Source of the DNA: Trichoplax adhaerens
Lineage: Eukaryota; Animalia; Placozoa
DNA length: 64,000 nt
Reading direction: 5' to 3'
Assembly (NCBI RefSeq): GCF_000150275.1
Contig: NW_002060957.1
Coordinates: 1,414,445-1,478,444 of the forward strand
Shown: one piece after another, positions 26,001 through 37,800 of the stretch
Layout of the letters: each line of letters starts with the position of its first letter
How positions within the stretch are numbered: the first letter of the stretch is position 1
The notes under the pieces: generated by a model
What the model saw: the letters and a program-made list of their open reading frames with translations, nothing else
Database searches by the model: none
What the model was told of the DNA's origin: nothing
Position numbers and translations under genes: made by a program

Positions 26001-29000
26001 ACTTACCATCATTTTTACCCATCTATGTTTCCATTCGATTAGCCATGAATTTAGAAACATTTGAGGCCAATAAACAAGAATTTAAAGACAATATTGCAGC
26101 ATATCTGAATGATAACTTTAATGAAACGTTTAGTAATGAAAGTGTTATCATTATGAATATATCACGAATCGCTACAACAAATCAACGTGCAGGAAATGAT
26201 GAAGTTATTGTTAATTTTTATATCACCAATGATTTTGCTGCAAGAAGTGTAAACCCTACATTAACAAAATTTATCGGAAATTGGTTATTAAAATTATTCC
26301 AGGATAGAAATGACGCATTACTTGGACCAGCTTTTTCGGGCAAGGTAAGGAAGATTAGTTATTGCAGCAATGATAGATGCGCCAGCAATTTCTAGCTCCA
26401 GTTTGTATCCTCTGCCATGGTAATTAATTAATCATCCTTCTAAGTTGAAGATAATTCCAATAAGCCAATCTAACAGATATGATTCTGTAGTAGCTAACCA
26501 GAATAGTTTGCAATGACTATGATTAGTCGTTGCAATAGTGCTTTATTATTGATGCTTTGATGATAGCTTGCATTTTATTAATAATGATTTAAACTGCTTT
26601 ACAAATTGATCATAAGACCAATTGCAGTAAATTTAGTTACTGCCTATACAAATCATGGAAGTGCAATGTTTAGTTATTGTCGTAATTTTGGGGCACACTA
26701 ACATGCCATCTGTAGCGAATACAAAATATATTATGTACATCAGATACAATCTCTCCTATTAACTTAATAGTAATATATTGATCATTCTTCATTATGATGC
26801 GCTGCCATGATGATTTGTCGATTATTCCTCTAAATTGAAGATAATCCCCATCAAGCAATATAGTAGACATGATGCTGTAGTATTTAAGCACTAGAGTTCG
26901 CAATGACGATAATTTAGTCGTTATCTTGACATGTGGATTTTTAAGTTTCAAATAAGCCAATTATTAATATTTTAAGAGTAGTTTGCATTTAGCAATCATG
27001 ACCTGAACTCTTCTTTAAACTCGATCACAAGATCAATGCTTACAACAAATATAGGTATTGCCGCTAAAAATCATTAAAGTATAATGCTCAGTCATTATCA
27101 TCATAATGGACTCAATAAGTGCCATCGGCAGCGAATATGAAATATTATCATAGACGTCTAGATAGAATCTGTTTTGCAAGCCTAATTTTTGTCTACTTGT
27201 TACCTTTAATTACTAATGTATAATGGTAATTTCATGAATGAACTGGATGAGCATACGGATATAAATATAGTTAGCATTGCTGATCATGATATTACCTATA
27301 ATCAATAGCTTAAAATATAAGGTATAGCTGAGATATATTATAAATTAATATCATCATTAATTATATCATGAATCTAAAGATTGGAAAAGCTGTCTTCATA
27401 CCTTCTGATTTATTTTATCGATAGCTTTTACAAGTTTCCTTGATACTCTCAAATCGGGTAGCGGATGGAGTGGTGATTGCAGTTACTTTGTCTGCTTTTG
27501 CAGCGGCAATCTTACTTATTGCATTCTTGTATTGGGTAAGGCCTTGCTTCCGATACAATTACAGGCTATGTCTAAGCCAAATTAAATCGCTTATGTTACC
27601 TTGTAACTATCGTAAAAATGATTGGATGCTCAATAGACTTGTTACTATAGTTGCAATCAGGCCATCATAACTTAAATCGATCCTTCAGAACGGTACTTAT
27701 CGATCACGAGCAAAACTATGATGATCTTGGCTATTTAAATCCTAACTTGGAGCTGTATGAAACTAATGTAAGCTGATTTCCTTTACACCTGCTTCATTTT
27801 ATTCTCTTATTGACCTTTTGATCGATTGCCTTTAAATTGATAAATACAAATGTAATTTTTGGTCTAGAGATCAAGTCAGACCAATTCTCAAATGGACAAA
27901 AGCGTGCTAGCTGAGCGATTACGATCTGGGAGTGCCCTTCGATTAGAATTTGATGTAGGTCATTTATTTGGTTACAGATTAATTATTTGCGACTACATTA
28001 GTATACTTATTTGAAGTAGTACCTATAGGTGAATAGGAATGCTTAGCTTTTACTAGTTTATGATGTATGATCATTACTTTATGTTTCGTGGCAACTATTA
28101 TTATGTATAATCTATCGATACATGATACAAAAGAGATATAAAATAATGCTTTTATTGTCAAGACTAGCACTATAACATTGCTCATATTTACTTTTTAGTT
28201 GATTTTAATCGTAGCTACTGCCTATAAAATAGATAATATTATCTTGCTCACTGTATAATTTTATTTATGGTTAGGAAATTCCTACTATGGTATCGTCCAA
28301 TGCAGAATTACCAGCCAATATCGAAAGGAAAAATCGGTTCATTAATGTCGTTCCTAGTAAGGCTAAATCTTATTTCATATCGAATTTAGACATACGGTGA
28401 TCTATCCGTTAAGTTTTACTCATATATGGCTTAGTAAAATATCGAATTATAATTAATGCTAATAATAACATTAAAATTAGCCTTTCCTATTCTGTAAATG
28501 TGCTCTATTTAATATTCTTACATTGTTAATTGCACTTGAATTCTAATCTATGATTGGATAAGAATAATTGTTGGAGGATATAGATTTAACGAAAGGATAT
28601 AAAAACTGCTAAATAGTATTATTAGCTATTCTTTTATACCATTACAACTTTTCCACAATACTAGAAGAAAAAAGCTGGATTTTTTAGCTATACATACGTT
28701 AACTAGATAATTATAATTATTTCCAATTACCTTTCAATTTTACTCTTTTTCCTCATTAAGATAAGCTATCGAGAGTAAATTTAAGACCTATTCTTGGCGA
28801 TGTTACGTCTGAGTACATAAATGCTAATTACGTCAGAGTAAGTAAGGACTTTTGTATACTTTTCTACTAACTGTATCTTAATTAGTTACTTAATTTACTC
28901 GGGAATAATCTTAATTATAACTATCGTGTCATAACAGGGATATCTAGGAAAACCAAGATCTTATATCGCTACTCAAGCTCCGTTAACTAATACTGTTACA

Positions 29001-30777
29001 GACTTTTGGCGGATGATTTGGGAGAATAACGTTAAAGTAATTCTAATGGCTACGGCATTAGATATTAATGGATCGGTAAGTCTGTTCTCTTGTAGAAAAT
29101 ATTTTACTTTAGAATCTGTTTCTTTAGAACTTACTTTAACTCGCTACAGAGAGATAAGGCGACCTGAGTGATCGTGAACAAGCACAAATATTTGCCCCCA
29201 AAATGGGTTAAACCCATAGTTTGGTTGCACCATTCAAGTTTAATGTTATTTAGCATACTAACTATATCTGAGAATTATGAATAGATCAGATAATAGAAGC
29301 ATGCTATAAAAGTGGATAAAATATAGACTAAAATATGATGATAAGTCAACAAGAAGAGTGTATGAATAAATACGGAATCGCTTAAATTAGTAACGGGCCA
29401 GTAAAATAGTGTCAGCATTATTACCCTTTATCACATAGAGTATGACGGTATCAAAATAGTAAAGTCCTTCCGCTTGATCAACACCCTCAAAAGTTACCTA
29501 GCCTACCGTACTCTATTGATCGCATCTAGCTTAAATATTGTAATAAATTTCAGACAAGAAACGATAATTGCCAAACAAGAAATACGGTATTGCTGGAATT
29601 GTATTGATTGGGTTGATGATCTTACTTCGCGCGAGATGTTACAATAAATTAATTCAGCATTTCTTTTATATAGCTGCAAATTTGTTGCATTATACTGTAT
29701 TCTTTTTTGCCCTTATCACAGTACGCATAATATTTTGATTATTGCGAGCTCTCTTGCCTAACGTAGTATTATTTACTTTTTCCTCGAATGGTATAATTTA
29801 ATGTTAGATTATGGTCTTTAAGTAGTATTGAGAGAGCTTCAGGGTATTATTCTCATATACAAAGTAGATCAATTGAACAATTATTAGTTTTAATTCTATG
29901 GATAACCACTTTTGAATGAGTAAAACATGTTTTTTGTAATGTCTGATGTTCGATGTTTAATGTAGTCCCAATGTAGTCAATATTGGCCACTGGATGATGA
30001 AGTTGGTGCCAGTATCAAGGCGGATTCATTCTTGATTACCTTGCACGATAGAGTAATCTACGATACCTATATCATTTCTACACTTAATCTACAAAACAAT
30101 AAGGTAGTATAGAGTTTAAAGAAAACTAAAATCTCCAGCCGATTTGGAAGTGATGATTAGGCTTAAAAGTTGTGAATAATCGCTAATCTTTTACTCATTC
30201 ATTAGAGAGAATCAATCTATATTAAGCATTACTGGTACACAAAGTGGCCAGCAGATAATTTCCCTTCCGATGAAGAATCAACTGTTAACTTACTATTAAA
30301 TATTAGAGAGGAATTGAAAGAACTTGACAGTCCTTTAGTTGTACATTGCAAGTAAGTTTATTTTTCCCAACTTTTGCACTTTTATGGTAGAGTAATAATT
30401 CATCCGACGCTGAAGAACAATATCTATTCTATTACAGCAATGGTATAGGAAGAACTGGAGTATTATTAGCTGTCGATACTTGCATGAGAAGTTATGATGA
30501 TTGCCGCAAGGTAGATATCAAGAAATGTGTTGAAAGAGTGCGTGAAGATCGTGGTGGATGCGTGCAGACCTTTGATCAATACCTTTATATATACAAGGTC
30601 AGCAGATAGCAAAATGGCTGCGTTAATCTAGGCTAACAAACAGAAGTTATTGTATATTTTAAAGATGAATAGCAATACTTTCAATCACCAACAAACATAT
30701 TCTGAATTTTGGTTATTTAAATTTTGATCCGTTGTTTTGTCTAGACCATGTACTACTACGCCAACAGGGATCATTAA
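23098..30777 (+). CDS. Single-domain receptor-type protein tyrosine phosphatase, PTPRR/R7-like catalytic domain, with mucin-like plus SEA-like ectodomain; 14 exons
   Basis: Phase-compatible exons: 23098-23146 (signal peptide [16 protein letters not shown]), 24441-24545, 25396-25455, 25878-26344, 27425-27535 (TM), 27651-27767, 27869-27955, 28275-28357 (KNRF), 28762-28837 (LSRVNLRP...YINANYVR), 28938-29075 (YIATQAP...DFWRMIWE), 29966-30103 (CSQYWP), 30206-30351 ([10 protein letters not shown]...VVHC), 30438-30597 (NGIGRTG...[12 protein letters not shown]), 30745-30777. The PTP-domain exons are certain; the 5' exons are inferred. Confidence 0.88.
24200..24421. repeat. Intronic tandem duplication, about 120 bp x2
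   Basis: ATTTAC..GGTTCTAT...GGATTAT.AT...ACAGTC..ATAGTTAT...ATGACTA.AGAATGAAA occurs twice. Confidence 0.8.
25565..25860. repeat. Intronic degenerate duplication, about 205 bp spacing
   Basis: AATTCT...CTTCTGCTA.TT..AAGCTAGATCT at about 25620 and 25815. Confidence 0.7.
26410..27170. repeat. Intronic degenerate duplication, about 400 bp x2
   Basis: CTGCCATG...TTGAAGATAAT at about 26412 and 26802; TGCCATC.G.AGCGAATA at about 26704 and 27120. Confidence 0.7.
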
Positions 30778-32624
30778 GAATCTGGAAATCGGCTGCAATG
30801 GAAGAACAGTGATTATAGATCATTCAACGGCAAATTGCATCATGTAATGTTCATTTTTTCATGTAATATTTCTAAGTATTTAATTTTCAACAAAGTATTT
30901 AATTTTCAACATCCGTTATAATGATAGTCATAAAAAAGTTGAAAATCATGAATAATTAAGAATTAGTAAATAGACCTATAATGATAGGTTATGCTATGTT
31001 ATATGCAATATTACTTCGATTGATAAAATTTATTTCTTAGCAAGAATAATTCTCCAGTTCGCTTATATTAGCAATACTGACAGCCTATAATTTGCAGATG
31101 TTGCATTTCTTTCTACCTATATTGTATTTAATGCAACCACATTTTAATAAGAGTAAGTTGTAGCAATATCATAGCTCCTTGATAGGAACTATAAGTAACC
31201 GAATCGTAACATACTCTATTTATTAGTTACTGATACATTCCAATTCGTATTACAGTCTAAAGACTATTTTAATAGGATTAGCTACTATATTCAATTGTTT
31301 TACAGCCCTTAAGTGTTTAGATGATTAAATTTATTTAGTTGTAATTATAGCGTTTTCTTTATACTATGATAAATGTACGAAAATATACGGTATTCTATCA
31401 TGAAATAGCTTAGTTGTTACAATGAGACTAAATTTGCGAAAAAAGTACGCAACTATGGACAATTCTGGACGATATTGTATTAGTTGAAAAGATACCAAAG
31501 TCAGTTGACTTTAGTTTGAGAAAATTGATAGCTTTTGCATTCGCTTTAGATTATTTCAGGCTGCTTTGCAGTTCATTTCATACTGTAGTACTGCGATACT
31601 TTTTAATAGCTATTGGTATTTCAAACCGTCAACGTCAAAGGGCCTCAAATATTGAGTTTCTAATTATTCTTGAGTACCAAAGGAAGGAAAGGCTTCAGAT
31701 TTGATGTTGATGATAGCTGAGAACAGCTATAAAGTATTTAAGACCATAAAACTAATAAATTGTCCACCTGTTATAGAATTAATAGAGTAATCAAGTATTC
31801 TGAATGGGCATGTAATTGACTTAATATTGCATGCAATAAAGCCAAATCACTTTTGCAAGATTTCAAAATATTATAGGTAATATAATATCTACTGATAAAA
31901 TATTCGGTAAGTACGTGCTTAGAGTATTTTACTGACTTTGTATTTGAGAGATCCTACTTGGTTAGCCGTGTAGTCAGTCTGTAACAATTTACCTGTGAAA
32001 GTTTATTAGCTTTGATTATTACAATATTGAACATTAGCCAATAAGAGCTTATATAGATAATTTGAAATATAAATCAAATTAGAAACTATTGTCATTTTAA
32101 CTTTAGTTAAAATAGAATAGTAACAACTAATTCATCATATGTAGGTTCTAATATATTACGGTATTGTCATAAACCAGCTTCGTGACAAGGATAACGTGAA
32201 ACAAATCTCTAAATTACTATAGTCTCCGGGATTCAGTATTCCTACTCACAAGAATTTAGACGCCTTTGATTCTACGTTCAACTCAACTAGACAATTGAGA
32301 ACTGCTTTATTCAACTATCTGACGGGTTTATATACCCTTCTACAGCAGCTAACATTCACAAGTCATCTAATAAAAATACTTGGGTGAGAACATCTACAAC
32401 TAGTTTTTCACAGTCGGACTACAATATGTCCATTCACAGAATCATTTCAGTACACATTACAGCACAGCAATAAATTTACTGTAACACATTTATAATTAGA
32501 GTAATTCCTATTGTAAGTGACTAGTTGTAATATAATATCACTATATTATATTAACCAAATTTAGATATCTATTTCTTCACGGTAGTTCGTACCGTGACTG
32601 GTATATGCCTTAGAAAGGTTAGTT

Positions 32625-34330
32625 TCTGCTGCTAGAAAATACTAAATTAAAATTAAAGTAGGGTTGCATCATCGATAGGTATTGCGTAATTGAGAAATTT
32701 AATTGAATTAAGGCTAATTGGTCTGGTCTATACTCGACATCGATCAAGAAACATATCGAATATCGTTTCAGCTTTCTTGGACATAACACTAGAGTACTGT
32801 ATTACAATTGCATACGAGAACAGCGTAACTGGCAACATAGTCTGCAAAATTGCTGCTCTATAATTGATGCAATTCAATTTTTATATTATTTGCCTAGCAT
32901 GGCTAGGGCAATAGTTTAGATCAGGTGGTTCTATAGTCTACTTTAAGATCTAATATTGTATATTTCCTAAGAAAGATTAGATTCTACTATATGCTGTAAC
33001 GATCAGGAAACTTATCGAATCTCATAGCAGCTTTCTCGGATATACCACTAGGGTATTACATTGCAATTGTGTGCAACAGTAGCATAACTTGCAATGTAAT
33101 CTGTAAAATTGCTGCTCTAAAATTGATATAGTCCAATTTGTATATTACTTGCCTTCTATAGTTAGGGCATTAGTCCGAATCAATCGGTTCTATGCTTTAC
33201 ATTAAGATCTATAATAAAAATTATAATTATTAAATTATTAATATTTGTCTTTATGGAAGTGCGGTACTGTTCCATACATGAAGATAATTTGCGTTCACGG
33301 ATAGTGATTAGTAATTATAATTAATTATTATTAAGGAATCAAAAATAGAAGAAATGATCTGGCGTATATTCTTGTATCCATTTCAATTTATCAATAGGAT
33401 AAGGATTAAGGATTATACTGTAGAAACGCAATTCGATGACGACTTCTAAATTGCAGTACTGTTCTATACATGAAGACAATTTACGTTCACGGATAGTGAT
33501 TAATAAATTTAATGAATCCTTATTAATGAATTGAAAAATAGAGGAAACGATCTGGTGTACATACTTATATCCATTTCAATTTATCAATAGGATAAGGATT
33601 AAGGATTATACCGTAGAAACGCAATTCGATGATGACTTATAGGAAAGAAGAAGAAAGAAGCAAACCATCGGATTCTATCCTAAGTACGACCATGACATGT
33701 TGGATCGGAGAAGCCATCGGATTGCATGGTAGTTCGACAACGACCTGTTGAAATGGAGAAGGCATCGGATCCTATCCCAAGTACGACGATCATGTAGAAG
33801 AAAAGAAGCCATTGGATTCCGCGGTAAGCAAGACGATGATGACAACAAGTTGGATTATCCCCAACACAATGATCAAGATACTGTAGTAGTCCATGTCGCA
33901 AGTGGCCGAAGAGTGTGAGTAAAAGAGTGGATGGCAAGCGTAAATAGCTGCAAATTGTCTCCCACTGCTATTGCTAGTCTGCGTCGAATGCAGTAAGAAA
34001 AAAATAATTATAATCTTTATTATAGATAATATTATAAATTATAATCATAATGTAAATAAACATTTCACCAATAATCCGTATTCCTAAGATAGATTAAATT
34101 CTTTTATATCTTCGCTAGAAGATGCTACATTAAAATTAAAGTAAAGTTCTACTATATAGTATTATCGATGGTCATTGCATAATGGAGAACCTAAATTAAA
34201 TTATTGCTAAATGGTCCAGCCTATATGCTGCATCGATCAGGAAACATAATCGAACATCATATCACCTTTCTGAGATATACCACTAGGGTGCTACATTGCA
34301 ATTGTGCACAAAAGTAGTGTAACTTATATA
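32625..34330. repeat. Nested repeat cluster: unit A x2 (32625-33215), unit B about 192 bp x2 (33258-33640), 47-49 bp minisatellite x4 (33655-33850), unit A again (34110-34330)
   Basis: Unit A: CGATCA(A/G)GAAAC...CACTAG...CAATTG at about 32741, 33000 and 34234. Unit B: GTACTGTTC.ATACATGAAGA...GTTCACGGATAGTGATTA...GAAACGCAATTCGATGA twice. Minisatellite anchor (C/G)CAT(C/T)GGA at 33665, 33714, 33762 and 33809. Confidence 0.85.
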
Positions 34331-34883
34331 TATCCATTATTATAATATTTCCTATACCGTATACTATGGAAGCGACAGTGTACTAGATATAATATGAAGA
34401 TTGACGTGGTGTTGGATACGCGCATGCCCATATTCAATGTCCATTGTTGCTATGATACCATCAATCCAGGCATTTTTTAGGCTGTAATTTAAACAAAGTC
34501 CAACTATATTACCCAATTCTAGAAGCCAAATCAGCTGTTAGAAGGAATTGATTACACCTTAGAGATAGAATTTCATACTGGCACATACTATGCCAAGATT
34601 AAAAGCGTTAAGTGGGATCGAATTGTATTTCATTTCACGATAGTATCCTACAAGTAACATTTTGGGTTAGATCGAATTTCTGTTACAAGGGATCACTGAA
34701 AATTTCATGGGTTTGTATATTCAAGCTGGAAATGATCCATAAGACAACATTACTCTAGCTAATTTCACCTTAGACAGGGCTGATTCATCTACTACAATCA
34801 GTTTGGCAATTAACATTGGGTGGCTAGTCCAAATCAAGCTTTAATAGTTTGTAGAAATTTATTGTATTACGTATTTATCACCA

Positions 34884-37800
34884 ATGGAGGGTCTAGACAA
34901 GCTATATCCCCTTGAAAATTTCGATATTTCCGAAGTAAGTACATTCTCAACCTGGCACTTTCTAATTCAATCACAAGATAGATAATGCAAACAAGATAAT
35001 TCTTTTTTAGTCGCCTGCTTTCAACGCTTCTCTTAAATTTCTTACTTTAATAATAGCAAAATTTCAACTTGCTTAACTTGTAAATTAATGACAGATTGGG
35101 TTAGATATCACGGCTACATTATTACTTGACGCGCATTTTTAATTTCCACCGTGTTATTGATCAATTTAGAAAGATTTTCAGGACAAATTTATTACCGCTG
35201 CTGGACCGATTAGTTTATTTGCAACTGGGAACGACTCAGGTTCGTGGTAGAATACCAATTCTTATAATCAGTTGAAGCAATTACCAATTACTAATTTCTT
35301 AGACTATGCTGATTGTTTACGATAAAACTAATTCTGTAGTCATCACTTAGTCATGAGATAATTTTTAAGTGATATCATGTGGAATGAGCAATATTTTGCA
35401 ATTATCGTATCATAACTAGATGATATTGCAGCCGAATTACAACATGAAAGAACGCTGACCCCAATCCAGGTTAGAATTCCAGTGAAATGTTTATTGCATA
35501 AAGACAATAATATGGATAAAACTTTTAACTTCATTTCACTTCATATCCAGGATGCCTTGGTATCCCTGCCGGCAAGTTTGAATAATTTTCTTCAAATTCT
35601 TCGCCCTCGAATTCGACCGAAAGGAGTTCTTGAATATTTAACTGTCAATAACCAGCAAGAATTCGTAAGATACAATTGATTACATAAACTAAAGTGATTT
35701 TATGAAAATTGTACTCTTGTGATTATTTTATATTTTTGATCACGAATCAGCATTATTTTAAAGAATTTTGCTTATTTGACAATTGCAGGTTACCGTTATT
35801 ACTGGAGAAATTAGTAATATATGGCCGGATTTACAAGATGTCGCACATGACCCTTATTTAGTATGTAGCTTCTTTATAAATTTCTCCATAAATTCATCAA
35901 AAGCGAATTATGTTAGAGAGTTTTAAGTAGTACAAAATATAATTAATAGCTAATTTATCTCTACTTAATGTTAGGATGAAGAAAGCAATTTCCAGTTAAA
36001 AAGGTGAACTCTGGATAAATTTAAAACTCATTCCGTTGGCTCCTACCTTAATGATTTTATATTTTAATAAATAGGCGAATTATGATGAATATTATTATTA
36101 CAGCAGAGGAATTATTCCATAAGTACTTGGACAGCGCAGAGACTTTAAACAAACGTGGCGTTTTCAGTGCAGCTGCTAATTCAAGCCGTTTACAGGCCCA
36201 ATTAGCAATTGAGGCACATAAGAGGTTGATCTAAATTTAATGATATATGCAAACTACACTATAGCAGTCGCTAAAGCAGATTTGAAGTTTATTAAATCCT
36301 CATAATGTCTGTGAAGAAAAAATTAAATTTCTTGCAATTTATTCTCAGATTTAACGTCTTAGCTCTTCGTCGTGTTATTCTGGCTGAAATGAAAGCAGAG
36401 CAAAGTCTGTTTAGCGCCAACATCAACAATGAGAAAGTGAAGAGAGAGCGAGGATTTACTAAAGTATTGCATAATTTATTCCGTAGAATTTTGATTGCCG
36501 GAGATAACATGCTGTTCGTGAGATATTACTATTAGCTCTTAGCTTACAATGTCCATCTAATACTTTCCATATAAACTATAGCTAGAACGAAGAGATTTTC
36601 ACTTGGAAAAGTCGATAGAAGCAGAAGTAAATGAGGTACGGAAGCTGTAAAATGAAATTACTTCTAATTTTACTGTATTAGCCTATACAGTTTATATGAA
36701 TGTGCACCAGGATTAAAAATATAATATTAACACAAACCGCATGATTTATTGTAGCTTAAATCAAAGATGCCTTCAATTCCCAAGCATTATCAACATTATG
36801 ATGAATTATCGGCACTCTATGGAATTGTTGAGTGTAAGTTATAGTTTCTAGGCGCAATTCTACCATCACCATTCTAAAAGTATTTTCAATCACAGCCGAG
36901 CAAAGCAATACAGGAATAGATGTTTACAATGAAAGTGAAATGAATGAGGCGGGGCAAGAGAGGTAACTTTACTTGATGCTCTAAATTTAATTCATGTAGT
37001 AATCGATTGTACTGGAAGGCCTTGCCTAAATGTTATCAATAACTTTGTTACCTGAGTAATTCTAGAGTATCTCATAAAGACGAATCTATTTAATCCTTTA
37101 ATATCCAGGATTATATAACAAAGATACATATAGTACTGGTAGATTTGATAACATCTAGAATTATTAACTAGACTATACATAAATCAATCCATTTCAGTTT
37201 AAGATTTGCATCCAATAACTGTGATACTTAAGATATTTAGAGGCAATAATATTCTCTTTTATTGTCAGGTATCAAAGATTAGAATATCTTCAGAGCGATT
37301 TGATTTTTCCATGATACCAATCAATATAAACTAAAAGATGTAGTCTTCGCTGATTATCCTTCTTATAAAGTAGTAGTACTAACTACGATATGCACGAAAA
37401 GTCTTTATGTAAGAATTCTGAAATAAGATCAATGCACCTGCTGATGGTCCATTCAATTTTTACGATGTTGATTTATAGTACCTTCAGTGAGGAAATCGAG
37501 CCATTCACCAATTTCGGTCTTCGGGTAAATAGAACTTTCTTGCTAATATTTGTTGAATATATTGTTGAGATAATGATTATCTTGCTGTTTATATTTAACA
37601 TCTAGAGTAAAATGATATGCAATATATATTTTTGTTGTATCATAATATTATTCTGTGGGAAATGTTACTTTACTTTTAATAGCGTTGCGAATCTATGCCA
37701 AAGCTAAATCGAGGGAATACTGAAGATTTTGCTACTGAATGTGGCTTAGATGGGGATGAAGTTCGGCGTCTTGGTAAAGTATAGTAACTATACTGGATTG

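Noticed and set aside
23098-30777. Calling the phosphatase PTPRN/IA-2 or PTPRR
   Set aside because: Mixed signals: WPA and a SEA-like domain suggest IA-2, while [10 protein letters not shown], LSRVxLRP and DRGG suggest R7. Symbol left blank.
30873-30911. Perfect 19-bp tandem duplication in the PTP 3' region
   Set aside because: Ordinary slippage product with no sign of function.
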